Shown: positions 1-9,759 of the stretch, piece by piece | Numbering within the stretch: the stretch's first letter is position 1 | Layout: the number at the start of each line of letters is the position of its first letter | Source of the DNA: an uncultured delta proteobacterium | Lineage (GTDB): Bacteria > Myxococcota_A > Polyangia > Polyangiales > Polyangiaceae | Length of the DNA stretch: 64,000 nt | NCBI GenBank assembly: GCA_963841435.1 | Contig: CAWJCS010000006.1 | Span: 224,001-288,000, forward strand | Reading direction: 5' to 3' | Position numbers and translations under genes: made by a program | The notes under the pieces: generated by a model | What the model saw: the letters and a program-made list of their open reading frames with translations, nothing else | What the model was told of the DNA's origin: nothing | The model's database searches: none

Positions 1-294
1 CTGCGGATGAGCGAGCTCGAAGCAGAGATCCGTGTCACTGGCGGGTCACCCATCGCCCCAGCCAACCTCCAGCGCATCTTCGACCGCTTCGAGCGGGCAG
101 GCGGGCCACGCTCGGCCGGCGGCCTCGGCGTGGGACTCTACGTGACGCGCCAAATCGTGGCGGCTCACGGGGGCACCATCGAGGCCCGCTGCGAGCCGGG
201 GGACGTCCCCGTTTTCCTCGTGGCGCTACCGCGCTGGACGGAAACCGAGCCGCTGTCACCCGTCGCCGCGTCAGCGCGCGACGGCGTGGCATAA
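1..294 (+). CDS. C-terminal HATPase_c part of a sensor histidine kinase (5' end outside window)
   Basis: IFDRFER...GGLGVGLYVTRQIVAAHGGTI matches the F/G2 boxes. Confidence 0.75.
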   Translation: MRMSELEAEIRVTGGSPIAPANLQRIFDRFERAGGPRSAGGLGVGLYVTRQIVAAHGGTIEARCEPGDVPVFLVALPRWTETEPLSPVAASARDGVA

Positions 295-392
295 AGCCGC
301 GCCCCCGGACGGCGACGCCGCTCGAACAGCGTCGCTTTTTCCCTGGTTCCGAACACACGTTGCACTGGCATGATCGATGCTTCAACTAGCTC

Positions 393-833
393 ATGCTGCC
401 AAAACCGTCCGCGTTGTTCGGGGTCCGGAGTCGCGTGCTGCGGGACTGTGTCCCACGGGTGCTATTGGCCGACGACGACCCCGACATCCGCGCCGAGCTG
501 GCCTCCATCCTCGCCGAGGACGGCTGCTCTGTCGTGGAGGCGCGGGATGGCTACGAGCTCATGGACCTCCTCGCTCCGTACGCCACATCGCCCGGCGTAG
601 CACCGTATGACGCGATCGTGACCAACGTCATGATGCCCGGGTTCAGCGGTCTCGACGTGCTCACAGCGGTAAGGCGTCACCTTGGCAGGACGCCCGTCCT
701 GGTCGTCACCGCCTTCGGCGACACTCGCACTTGCCTCGCCGCGCGGGCGCTCGGCAACGTCGCCGTCATGAAGAAGCCGATCGATCTCGACGATCTCCGG
801 GCCACTCTGGCAAACTTGCTCGAAATGGCCTGA
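393..833 (+). CDS. Single-domain response regulator; phosphoacceptor position reads Asn
   Basis: VLLADDD...IVTNVMMPG...VTAFG...KKP receiver motifs; start uncertain. Confidence 0.85.
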   Translation: MLPKPSALFGVRSRVLRDCVPRVLLADDDPDIRAELASILAEDGCSVVEARDGYELMDLLAPYATSPGVAPYDAIVTNVMMPGFSGLDVLTAVRRHLGRTPVLVVTAFGDTRTCLAARALGNVAVMKKPIDLDDLRATLANLLEMA

Positions 834-1274
834 GACTGGCGCCGCGGGGCCGCCCTTCAGTGCTTCGAGGCACGCCGACGGCGCGGCGCAGGGACTGGGC
901 CGTCTCCCCAAAAGCGGCGCTCGGGTCCCAGATCCGGAGCGAGAGCCCGGGGCCGTCCTTCCGGATCGCGCTCGAAGACACCCCGAGCTCCACGACGCAG
1001 TCGCGATCGTACGGGTCGTTGCCCCACCTGCCTCGCCGGCGCTCGAGCGGCACGCCGTTCAGCGTCGCCTTTGCGTCGGGGGCAGGGAGCTTGCAGGGGC
1101 CTTGGGGTCGTGTTCCGAAGCCACGATTGCGACGGCGCCCAGCGAAACGAGAGAGACGGAGGGGTTGAGCGTCGGGTCGGGGATGTCGGCCAGGCGCTTC
1201 ACGGGAGAGCACGCGAAGGCAGCGCCGAAGACGGCTACCGCCCCACGTGCGAGCTTGCGGCTCGGGTCCCTCAC
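766..1274 (-). pseudogene. Frameshifted putative lipoprotein, last gene of the antiporter/MscS operon
   Basis: GTG overlaps the MscS stop (GTGA); MRDPSRKLARGAVAVFGAAFAC lipobox; reading continues in another frame near 1100 (PCKLPAPDAKATLNGVPL...); 3' end uncertain. Confidence 0.4.
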
Positions 1275-2185
1275 CGCTCCGCGCCCACACCCGCGCCTCC
1301 CCCGACCCTCCGGAGCGTCGCCTCCAGTTGCCCCCGCGCATCCCTCTGCGCCCTCGCCGCCCAAACCTGGATCTCCACGGTCACGATCCGCTCGTTCTCC
1401 GCGCCCCGCGTCACGTCCACGAGGCTCTCCGGCGCTCGATACGGCGACAGCGCTGCCACCTGACGCAACCGCTCGAGCATTTTCTGGTCCGGCCGCTCTT
1501 CGAGCTCCAGTCGCACGCGGACGGGCACGCTGTTGCGCGCTCGCCCGACGACGACGGGTAGCTCGTTCAGGAGCCGATTCGGCACGAGCACGGTCGAGCC
1601 GTCCGCGCCGCGTAGGTAGAGCTGCCCGATGCCGACCTCGCGGACGACGCCTTCGTGGTCGCCGACTTTGACGCGGTCCCCAACCCGAATTCTGCGCCGC
1701 AGCGTCAGCGCAATCCCCGCGAACACGTTCGGCACGAACCCCGACAGGAACAGTGCGCCCAAGAGCGCCGCCATGAGAAATACCCCCGTGAGCACCGGCG
1801 CAACCCCGAGCGCCCCGCGCAGGAGCGTCAGAGTGGCGAGTAGCGCGACGACCAGGCGCAAGAGGCCCGAGGTGCGCGCCCAGCGGCGCTCGCCGTCGAA
1901 GCCGAGGCGCCAGGCGAGCTTGACCAGCGTCTGAATCAGCGTGTTCAGCGCGAAGGCGAGCGCGACGACGAGCGCGATGAAAAGGAGGTGTGTCGGCCCG
2001 AACAGGCTGCCGAGGGCTTCGCTTTCGTTCAGGAGCGCCTCGACCCCGGGAGCACCTCCCTTGGCCCCGGGGGACGTGCCAGGCGCCGTGCCCCGCGACG
2101 CGCAGCCGAGCGCAACGAGCGACCCCGCGACGACGAGCAGAGCGGCCGGGACCCGTGCCAAGGAGCTAGCGCGTGATGCCGGCAT
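1271..2185 (-). CDS. mscS: MscS-family mechanosensitive channel
   Basis: TM helices followed by NVFAGIALTLRRRIRVGDRVKVGDHEGVVREVG...DGSTVLVPN. Confidence 0.85.
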   Translation of the reverse strand: MPASRASSLARVPAALLVVAGSLVALGCASRGTAPGTSPGAKGGAPGVEALLNESEALGSLFGPTHLLFIALVVALAFALNTLIQTLVKLAWRLGFDGERRWARTSGLLRLVVALLATLTLLRGALGVAPVLTGVFLMAALLGALFLSGFVPNVFAGIALTLRRRIRVGDRVKVGDHEGVVREVGIGQLYLRGADGSTVLVPNRLLNELPVVVGRARNSVPVRVRLELEERPDQKMLERLRQVAALSPYRAPESLVDVTRGAENERIVTVEIQVWAARAQRDARGQLEATLRRVGGGAGVGAER

Positions 2186-5100
2186 CGCGGAGGGCTCCTA
2201 GGACTAAGGGTTTGAGACGGGGGACGACGGTTAGGCGCGATTCGGTCTGGGGGTCGCGGGAAAGGACGCCGGAGGAGAGGAAGAAGTGGGTGTGGCGGCC
2301 GATTTCGGCTTCGGTAAGCTCGAGGTAGCGGGCGAGCTCGGGCTCGTCGAAGGGGCCGAAGCGGGTGAGGTGCGAGAGGATGGCGAGCTGGCTCGCGGAG
2401 AGGTGCGTGAGCAGGGAGAGGCCGATGCGCAGGTCCAGCTGGAGCTCGAGCTCGATGGAGCCGTCGGGCGCGACGCGCGCGGCGCGAAGCCAGGAGAGGA
2501 CGGCAGCGCTGAGGTTGCCTTCGGTGCTGCGCGCGAGCATGCGGAGGAAGACCCCGCGCGCGTCGCCGAAGCCGAAGCGGCGCAGGAGCTTGCTGAGGGC
2601 GGTCCGGGGGTAGACGACGGCGCGACGGCTGATGCCGTGGCGCCCTTCGAGGAAGCTGCCGAGCTTTTCGACGGAGAGGGGTGCGATGGCGATGACGCGC
2701 GTGAAGGCAGGCTTGATGGGCATGACCTCTTCGAGCAGCGCGAGGCTCGATTGCTCGACGGCCACGAGCCAGAAGACTTGGCTGTCGGTCGCGACGACGA
2801 GCTCGAGGAAGCGCGTGAGCTCGGCGATGCCCGCCGCGTCCGGCGTGAACCATTGCTCGAGGTCGTCGATGAGGACGGTGGTACGGGTGTCCTTGAGGGC
2901 GAGGGCCATGTCGCTCACGCGGTCGCCGAGGCCGAGCTCGATGGAAAGGGCGCGGACGATGCCGATGCTACGGCGCCATTCGATGGGCTCGGGGCGGATG
3001 ACGCGCGGGGCGCTGAGCTCGACCTCGCACAGGTTCAAGAGCGAGGTGCGGCCTGAGCCGGAGCGGCCGACGAGCAGGGCGGAGCCGCGCCGGCCCTGGA
3101 GGCTGCTTCGCTCCGTGGCGAGGAGCTCCTGCAGGGTCTCGCGGTTGGCGGTGAAGAGGGCGTGCTTGCGCACGGGCTCGGCGCGCCAGAGGCGGGCGTA
3201 GTCGCGCGGCAGGTGCGTGAGGTCGGCGAAGCGGGCGAGGTGGGTGTCGAGCGAGGCGGCGTCAACGCCTTCGCGCTGGTAGCGCGCGCGGACGCCTTTG
3301 GACAGGTCGCTGCCGAGCAATCGGGCCCAGGCGGCGCGGCCGCGCGTGGTGAGGCGGGCGAGCGCCAGGAAGGGGCGCTCGAGCGGGCGCTTGAGACGCG
3401 TGAAGAAGGTGATGTGCTCGGCCTCTTCGGCGCCCCGCGCGCGGACCTCGAAGATGCCGGTGATCTCGCGGTAGGCGGCGCCGGCGCGCTCGCGCACGCC
3501 GCGGCTCGCGCTCTGTTGGCCCTGCTCCAGCGTCTTTAGCTGCTCGTCGAGGCGCATCAGCGCGCGGTCGAAGGCGCGCTGGACCGCTTTCATCTCGGTC
3601 TCGGCGCCGTGCGGCGGCGTTTCGAGGGCGTGCTCGCAGATTTCGACGGCCTCGCGGATGCGGGCGCCCGTGACGGCCATCTCGGCGAACACCTGGCGCA
3701 GCTGCTCGTCGAGCGCCGGGAAGAGGGTTTCGATGAGCACCTCTTCGACGCGCACGCGGAGCTCGACGGGCTCGACGCGGTAGGTCGCCGGGCTCGGCTC
3801 GGCGTCGAGGCTCTGCGCCTGCGGCACGAGCACGGTGGCGGGCAGGGTCTCGATGCTGACGCGGATCTCGCGCGCGACGCTGCCGACCGTCGCGGCGGAG
3901 CGGAAGCGCGTGGCGGCGAGAGCCAGGCGGCGCTGCGCTTCGGGCGGGCAGGTGCCACGCGCCCACTCGGCGAGGACGGCGCGCCGCTCGACGCCGAGCT
4001 CCGCGGTCTTTGCGATCTCCGTCGCGAGCTCGCTCAGGCGCTGGCGCGCGGCGCCGAGGACGGAGCTGGCGACCTCGAGCGAGGCCTGGGCAGGACCGAG
4101 CACGGTCGCGTCGAGCGTCCTGCGGATGCGAGCGACCAGGCTCTCTATTTCGAGCTTGGCCTTGAGCTCGGCCTGCTTGCCCTCGAGCACGGGCTTCCAC
4201 GCCGCGGGATCGGCGCGCAGGCGCTCGAGGCGGCGGTGGATGCTCGGCTCCTTGTCCGAGAGGCGGATTTTGGCGCTGGGCAGGCTCGGCCCGCCGGCGA
4301 TCGCGAGCGAGCGCACGAATTCTTCGAAGCCGGTCAGGACGTAGAGGCGGGAGTGGCGCTCGAAGTTGACGAGGAAGCGCGCGAGGCTCGAGCTCGCGGC
4401 CAGGCGGGTTTGCTCGCGGTCTTCGCCGTTCTGGCGCGAGCGCTCGAGCTCGGTGAGCAGGTGCGCCTGCGCTTCGCTCCAGGCCGAGAGGGTGGAGAGG
4501 GCGAGGCCGGCCAGGCGCGCTTCGAGCGTGAGGCGGGCCACCAGGCGCGAGGGCACGCGGCGCGTGGCGGGACCGAAGCGGAAGAGGCGCCCGACGGCGC
4601 GGCTCCGCTTGCGGAAGCGGACGCGGAAGGGATCGCCCGGGAGCACTTTCTTGTTCGTGCGCTCGAGCGGGACGAGGGTGCGCGATTCGACGGAGCGCAG
4701 GCGCGCTTGCAGATCGCTGAAGAGGCGGTGGCACGCCGCCGCGCGATCCGGCAGGTCTTCGGCGTGGGGGACCTGGCTCCAGGCGTGCAGGGCGTCGGCG
4801 ATGTCGTCGTCGCTCTCGACCTCGGTCAGGACTTTCTCGAGCGGGCCACCGATGGTTTTGACCCAAGGCTCGAGCTCGGTGTGGAGGAAGTCGTCGAGGC
4901 GCTCGGAGATGTCGGCGTGCAGCACGACGACCAGATCCTGGAGCTTCTCGCTCTCGAGCTCGCCCGCGATGGCGGTGATCTCGCGCAGCTCCTCGACCGC
5001 GACGGGCGGCACCTCGGTGCTGCGCTCCGGATCGGCCCCGGGGGGCGCGCCGCTCGGCGTGGTGGCTCGTTCTGGCTGCTCGGCCTCGCCTTCATGCGTT

Positions 5101-6374
5101 TCGCCCGCTCGCTTGAGGATGCGCTTGAGGGCGATGGGGCCGACCAGGAGGTTGATGGCGACGCCCGCCATCCCGAGCGTCTTCAGCTGGTCGCCGACCA
5201 TGGGCAGCTGCTGCGCGGACAGGCCCACGAGGCCGAGGGTCACGCCCGCTTGCGGCAGGTAGCCGAGCCAGGCGTGGTCGCGGATCAGAGGGCGCTCATG
5301 GCCGAAGCGACCGCCGACGCGCGAGGCAACGCGGTAGCCGACGGCGCGCGCGAGGGCGAGGGCAATGGCGACGGGCAGGATGCCGAGCGTCGAGTGCAGG
5401 TCGACGCTGGCGCCCGCGATCGTGAAAAAGACGATGAAGACGGGCAGCGCCACCATCTGCACGGCGGGCATCAGATCGTGCTCGTGGCGGCTGGCGTTGC
5501 GCACGACGAAGCCGGCGGTGATGAACACCAAGAGCAGCTCGAGGTGCAGCGTCCGCCCCACCTCCGACACGACCAGGATCATGGCCGCGACGAAGAGCAG
5601 CATCTCCGCCTTGACCAGGCGGATGTACAGGATGAGCAGGCCGCCGAGCACGGCGCCGGCGAGGAGCGAGCTGCCGAGCTCCTTGCCCACCAGGACCAGA
5701 ACCGATTCGCTTTCGTGCTCGCCGGGGACGAGCCAGCTCTTCGAGAGCGCCACCGCCACGGCCAGGCAGATGACGACGATGAGGTCCTTGAGGACGGCGG
5801 CGCCGAGCACGAGGTCGGTGAGGCGGCCACGAGCGCGGGACTCGGTTTTGACGGCGAGGGCGATGGCAGGCGAGGTGCCGATGGAGAGCACGCCGAGCAC
5901 GAGCGCGACGGAGTAGACGTGGGCGCGATCGCCGAACCCGAGCGCGGGCACCGAAAGGGCGATGGCGACGAAGGTGCCGCCCACGAGCACGACGCCGAGC
6001 ACGATCTTGACCGCGATGGTGCCGAGCAGGGTGTAGAGGACCTTCGCGATCTCCTTCACGTCGAGCTCGAGACCCGCGCCCGTGGCGATGAGGCCGAGCG
6101 CCAAGGCGTTGAACATGCGCATCTCGCCGACGACGCTCTTGGACAGCACGTTGGCGACGGACGGGCCGAGCGCGACGCCGGCCAAGATGTAGCCGGTGAC
6201 GCGCGGCAGGGTGAGCCCGCTGCCGACCTCGGCGAGCGTGAAGGAGGCGAGAAGGACGAAGCCGATGGCCGCGAGCGTCATCGGATCGCGCGCGCCGGGG
6301 ATGGGCTCGGCGCGCAGGAGCTGCAGGGAGAACATCACCCCGAACAGCACCAGAAGGACGATGATCCGCCTCAC
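2166..6374 (-). CDS. 1402-aa cation:proton antiporter fused to a long helical region, a P-loop ATPase-like domain and a C-terminal wHTH
   Basis: N-terminal ~420 aa multi-TM (LPRVTGYILAGVALGP, TSPA, LKD, PQAGVTLGL); Walker A-like GRSGSGRTS; Walker B VLIDDLE; wHTH-like tail. Confidence 0.8.
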   Translation of the reverse strand: MRRIIVLLVLFGVMFSLQLLRAEPIPGARDPMTLAAIGFVLLASFTLAEVGSGLTLPRVTGYILAGVALGPSVANVLSKSVVGEMRMFNALALGLIATGAGLELDVKEIAKVLYTLLGTIAVKIVLGVVLVGGTFVAIALSVPALGFGDRAHVYSVALVLGVLSIGTSPAIALAVKTESRARGRLTDLVLGAAVLKDLIVVICLAVAVALSKSWLVPGEHESESVLVLVGKELGSSLLAGAVLGGLLILYIRLVKAEMLLFVAAMILVVSEVGRTLHLELLLVFITAGFVVRNASRHEHDLMPAVQMVALPVFIVFFTIAGASVDLHSTLGILPVAIALALARAVGYRVASRVGGRFGHERPLIRDHAWLGYLPQAGVTLGLVGLSAQQLPMVGDQLKTLGMAGVAINLLVGPIALKRILKRAGETHEGEAEQPERATTPSGAPPGADPERSTEVPPVAVEELREITAIAGELESEKLQDLVVVLHADISERLDDFLHTELEPWVKTIGGPLEKVLTEVESDDDIADALHAWSQVPHAEDLPDRAAACHRLFSDLQARLRSVESRTLVPLERTNKKVLPGDPFRVRFRKRSRAVGRLFRFGPATRRVPSRLVARLTLEARLAGLALSTLSAWSEAQAHLLTELERSRQNGEDREQTRLAASSSLARFLVNFERHSRLYVLTGFEEFVRSLAIAGGPSLPSAKIRLSDKEPSIHRRLERLRADPAAWKPVLEGKQAELKAKLEIESLVARIRRTLDATVLGPAQASLEVASSVLGAARQRLSELATEIAKTAELGVERRAVLAEWARGTCPPEAQRRLALAATRFRSAATVGSVAREIRVSIETLPATVLVPQAQSLDAEPSPATYRVEPVELRVRVEEVLIETLFPALDEQLRQVFAEMAVTGARIREAVEICEHALETPPHGAETEMKAVQRAFDRALMRLDEQLKTLEQGQQSASRGVRERAGAAYREITGIFEVRARGAEEAEHITFFTRLKRPLERPFLALARLTTRGRAAWARLLGSDLSKGVRARYQREGVDAASLDTHLARFADLTHLPRDYARLWRAEPVRKHALFTANRETLQELLATERSSLQGRRGSALLVGRSGSGRTSLLNLCEVELSAPRVIRPEPIEWRRSIGIVRALSIELGLGDRVSDMALALKDTRTTVLIDDLEQWFTPDAAGIAELTRFLELVVATDSQVFWLVAVEQSSLALLEEVMPIKPAFTRVIAIAPLSVEKLGSFLEGRHGISRRAVVYPRTALSKLLRRFGFGDARGVFLRMLARSTEGNLSAAVLSWLRAARVAPDGSIELELQLDLRIGLSLLTHLSASQLAILSHLTRFGPFDEPELARYLELTEAEIGRHTHFFLSSGVLSRDPQTESRLTVVPRLKPLVLGALRDAGITR

Positions 6375-7702
6375 GACGACGCCTCCCCGTGGCCAGGCGT
6401 CGGGAGCGCGGGCGCGGGCGGCGACGAGCTCGTTTTGGGCTCGGGGGCGAGGTTCACGTCGCTGCCGAGCTCACCGGCGTCCGACAGGACGCGGCGGGTG
6501 ACGCGCTGGCTGAAGAGCTCGGAGAGCAGCGTGCCGAGCAGCACCGTCGTCAAGACGAGCGACTCCCATTTGGGGAAGCGCATCGCAAAATCGACGGCGA
6601 TGGCCGTGGCGAGCGTGCCCTGGCCGAGGAAGGCCAGACCGATGCGCGGGACCGGCTCGCTCAAAAGCAGGCGCGAGAAGAAGCCCGTGACCAGGCGGCG
6701 CGCCGCGACGCGCACGACGACGTAGGCGAACGGCATGAGCCAGGCGAGGCCGCGTACCGGGGACCAGAGCGCGCCCGCGAAGATCATGGTGAGCACGAAC
6801 AGGACGTGCTGCAGGCGGTCGAGCTCGTGGCGCAGGCGGCCGGCGTGCGAGGAGGTGGTGGCGACGGTGAGGCCGGCGAGGAGGTTCACGAAGAGCGGCG
6901 AGACGGCGAGCACGGCCCCGGCTCCGGCGGCGAAGGTGACCAGGCCCACGCTCGCGAGGAAGATGCGGCTCGGATCGCTGTCCTTGCCGATGAACAGGCC
7001 GAAAAGCAGACCGAGCACGACGCTGCCGGCGATGGCCGCGACCTCCCACTGCCAGACGTGGAGCGAGATGCTGCCGCCGCTGCCCTCGGCGGCACGCGTG
7101 GTCGCGAGCACCAAGCCGAGCACGATGACGGCCGTGAGCTGGCTCGCCCGGGCGGCCGCCTGCAGGACGTCGGTCACCGGGCCCGCGGCGCCGTGCACGC
7201 GAATGAGCCCCTCGATGAGCACGCTCGAGGTGACCGCGGCCGCCGCGCCGATGCAGAGCGCGAGCCAGAGGTGGTCGCTCGTCAGGTAGACCTCGAAGAG
7301 CCAGTCCGTGCCGCGCAAGAGCTCGCGCTGAAAGACCACGTGGTGCAGATCGCCCGGGACGAGGCTCACGAGCAGCGGGAGCAGGCAGGCGCCCGTGAGC
7401 GCGACGACGCCGAGCGCCGAGCCGAAGCCCAAGAAGGCGAGGCGGGGCGTCTTGATCGCCTCGCGGCCGCGCAGGCCCACGACGAAGCCCGTCAGGCCGA
7501 GCAGCAGCGAAATCAGCGGGCGCACGAAGTCGAGCGTCGACTCGTGCAGAAGGCCGAGGCCCGCATGCGGGCCGATGAGCACGCCGACGAGCATGTACTC
7601 GGCGCCGGACAGCACGACGTAGCGAGACGCGAAGCGCGCGACCAGGCGCCCGATGATGAAGCTCGAGATCACGACGACGACGAGCAGCAGCGTGACGCTC
7701 AC
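6371..7702 (-). CDS. Cation:proton antiporter-family membrane protein
   Basis: Multi-TM; SGAEYMLVGVLIGP and GQGTLATAIA; 4-bp overlaps with both neighbours. Confidence 0.75.
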   Translation of the reverse strand: MSVTLLLVVVVISSFIIGRLVARFASRYVVLSGAEYMLVGVLIGPHAGLGLLHESTLDFVRPLISLLLGLTGFVVGLRGREAIKTPRLAFLGFGSALGVVALTGACLLPLLVSLVPGDLHHVVFQRELLRGTDWLFEVYLTSDHLWLALCIGAAAAVTSSVLIEGLIRVHGAAGPVTDVLQAAARASQLTAVIVLGLVLATTRAAEGSGGSISLHVWQWEVAAIAGSVVLGLLFGLFIGKDSDPSRIFLASVGLVTFAAGAGAVLAVSPLFVNLLAGLTVATTSSHAGRLRHELDRLQHVLFVLTMIFAGALWSPVRGLAWLMPFAYVVVRVAARRLVTGFFSRLLLSEPVPRIGLAFLGQGTLATAIAVDFAMRFPKWESLVLTTVLLGTLLSELFSQRVTRRVLSDAGELGSDVNLAPEPKTSSSPPAPALPTPGHGEASS

Positions 7703-8967
7703 GGCGCTTGCTCCTGGCTGCTGCGAAGCTCGCGATCCTTGGCGGCCCAGGCGGTCGCACCGTCGGGGGCGACGGTGACGCTGTGAGCGTCCACGATGGT
7801 CACCGAGAGCTCGCCCTTCGGCGTGTCTTTGAGCGCCCAGTCGAGCGCGTCCTTCGGCGAGCCGGTGCGGACGAGCTGGTCGTAAACGCCGCGCGCGAGC
7901 AGGCGCTCGAGGATGGGCTCGCCCGAGCCGCTGACGAACACGGCGCCCGCGGAGCCGACGTACAGGGCCGCGCCGGGCACGGAGACGTCGCCCACGCGGC
8001 CCGGCAAGCTTAGCCAGGGTCCGCCGCCGCTCACGACGCCCACGAAGGTGCCGCCCGCGCAGCGAGCGAGCACTGCCACGGTGTCGCCGCCCACCGGGGC
8101 GGGCGCGCGGGGGAGCGGAGGCGGGCGCGGTGCCGACGTGGCGGGCGTCGAGGCGCGGGGCGCTGGGAGGGCGGTGGGTGCGGCGGGGCGAGGCGCGGAC
8201 GGTGCGTGCGGCACCCGGCGCGGGACGTACGCCTGCCAGACGGCGGGGGCTCCCGCGACGCCGGCGTTCGGCCAGGCGACGACGCCCGGCTCGGGCGCGC
8301 CGCCGTCCGGCGCTTGGAGCTCGGCGAGCAACGCTTTGTAGCGCGCGGTGCTCGCCTCGGTGCGCACCTCGAAGGTATCGACGCCGAGCAGGCGTGCGAA
8401 GCGCAGGGCGCCGGCGCCGGCCAGCGTGTGGTGCGGCGTGTCGGCGACAGCGCGCGCGACCTCGGAGGGGTGGCGGACATTGGTGAGCCCGGTGACCGAG
8501 CCGAATTGTCCAGCCGAGGTCATCACCGCGGCGTCGAGCTCCACGCTGCCGTCGAGCCGAAGCGCGGAGCCGATGCCGGCGTTGAGCGCCGGATCGTCCT
8601 CGAGCACGGCGACACCGGCGACGGCCGCATCCAGGCAGCTCGCGCCCGAGTCGAGCGCCTGCTCGGCGCGCTCGAGCGCGGCGGTGACGCTCGCGACCTC
8701 GCCCGGGCTCGTGCCGATGCCGGCCACGGCAACCAGCGCGACGGGGCCCGCGGGAGCCGACGCTTCCGCTGTCGCGCCGGCGTCAACGAGCGCGAGCGGA
8801 TCCGGATCGCCGGGAGGACGCGCGCTCGCCGCGCCGGAAACAGACGCGGCCGGCGCGCTCGCGCTCGGCTCGCGCCGCTCATGGGTGCTGCGAATGCGGC
8901 AGCCCGAGGTCGCCAAGAGGAGCGGTCCAAAAGCGGCCGCCACGGTCAGGAGTCGAGCCGGGTCCAA
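7699..8967 (-). CDS. Isoaspartyl peptidase/asparaginase-like Ntn hydrolase with lipoprotein signal
   Basis: LEDDPALNAGIGS, ELDAAVM, GDTVAVLA (nucleophile Thr), GRVGD; LLLATSGC lipobox; start inferred at TTG 8967. Confidence 0.8.
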   Translation of the reverse strand: MDPARLLTVAAAFGPLLLATSGCRIRSTHERREPSASAPAASVSGAASARPPGDPDPLALVDAGATAEASAPAGPVALVAVAGIGTSPGEVASVTAALERAEQALDSGASCLDAAVAGVAVLEDDPALNAGIGSALRLDGSVELDAAVMTSAGQFGSVTGLTNVRHPSEVARAVADTPHHTLAGAGALRFARLLGVDTFEVRTEASTARYKALLAELQAPDGGAPEPGVVAWPNAGVAGAPAVWQAYVPRRVPHAPSAPRPAAPTALPAPRASTPATSAPRPPPLPRAPAPVGGDTVAVLARCAGGTFVGVVSGGGPWLSLPGRVGDVSVPGAALYVGSAGAVFVSGSGEPILERLLARGVYDQLVRTGSPKDALDWALKDTPKGELSVTIVDAHSVTVAPDGATAWAAKDRELRSSQEQAP

Positions 8968-9072
8968 GGGACGGGCATGGTACACGACCGGGCGCGCAGC
9001 GCAGGCTGCGTCCGGTCTGCGTAGCGGTGATTGCGGACCGAATCCGTCCGCAATTGGGGGTAGGTTCCGGGC

Positions 9073-9696
9073 ATGTCCCTCGTCCTCTTTCACCACCCGT
9101 TTTCCCGTGCTGCCGGCGTCCTGTGGATGCTGGAGGAGGTTGGGGTTCCCTACACACTCCGTTTCATCGACATCACTAGGGGTGAGCAAAAGCAGCCCGA
9201 GCTCTTGTCGCTCAATCCCATGGGCAAGTTGCCGACCCTCACCGACGGCGACACGGTGGTGAGCGAGTCGGCGGCCATCGCCCTTTATCTCGCCGATCGC
9301 TACGCGCCGGGTCGGCTCGCTCCGCCCATCGACGATCCGCGTCGCGGTCCCTACCTGCGCTGGTCGTTCTTCGCGCCCTCGGTGATTGAGCCGGGAGTGA
9401 TGGCGAAGCTCGGAAGCTGGCAATATCGCGAGAGCGCCGCCGGGTGGGGCTCACACGGCGAGATGCTCGCGGCGATGAAGAGCGCCATCACGGGCGACTA
9501 CATTCTGGGCGACAGCTTTTCGATGGCCGACGTCGTGTTCGGTGGGACGGTGCGCTACATGCTGAGGGTGGCGTCGCTCGAGCCCGATCCGGTCTTCGAC
9601 GCCTACGTCGCGCGCCTGTCGGCGCGGCCCGCGTTGAAGCGGGCGGACGAGCGCAACGCCGCAATCATCGCGGAACGCGGGTTGATGTCGAGGTAA
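9073..9696 (+). CDS. Glutathione S-transferase
   Basis: LNPMGKLPTL, SESAAIALYL, FSMADV motifs. Confidence 0.92.
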   Translation: MSLVLFHHPFSRAAGVLWMLEEVGVPYTLRFIDITRGEQKQPELLSLNPMGKLPTLTDGDTVVSESAAIALYLADRYAPGRLAPPIDDPRRGPYLRWSFFAPSVIEPGVMAKLGSWQYRESAAGWGSHGEMLAAMKSAITGDYILGDSFSMADVVFGGTVRYMLRVASLEPDPVFDAYVARLSARPALKRADERNAAIIAERGLMSR

Positions 9697-9699
9697 GGA

Positions 9700-9734
9700 T
9701 CGCGTCGCGTCGCGTCGCTTCGCTTCGCTTCGCT
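9700..9734. repeat. Pentanucleotide microsatellite (TCGCG)3(TCGCT)4
   Basis: Read directly, just after the GST stop. Confidence 0.85.
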
Positions 9735-9759
9735 GGTGCGCAGGATGGCCGCGAAACGG

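Noticed and set aside
3609-7786. Long plus-strand ORFs (1038 aa and 465 aa)
   Set aside because: Antisense shadows of the antiporter genes, typical of high-GC DNA; no motifs.
9073-9696. GST as partner of a glutathione-gated Kef system
   Set aside because: The antiporters show no recognisable KTN domain and the GST is divergently transcribed; adjacency alone is insufficient.
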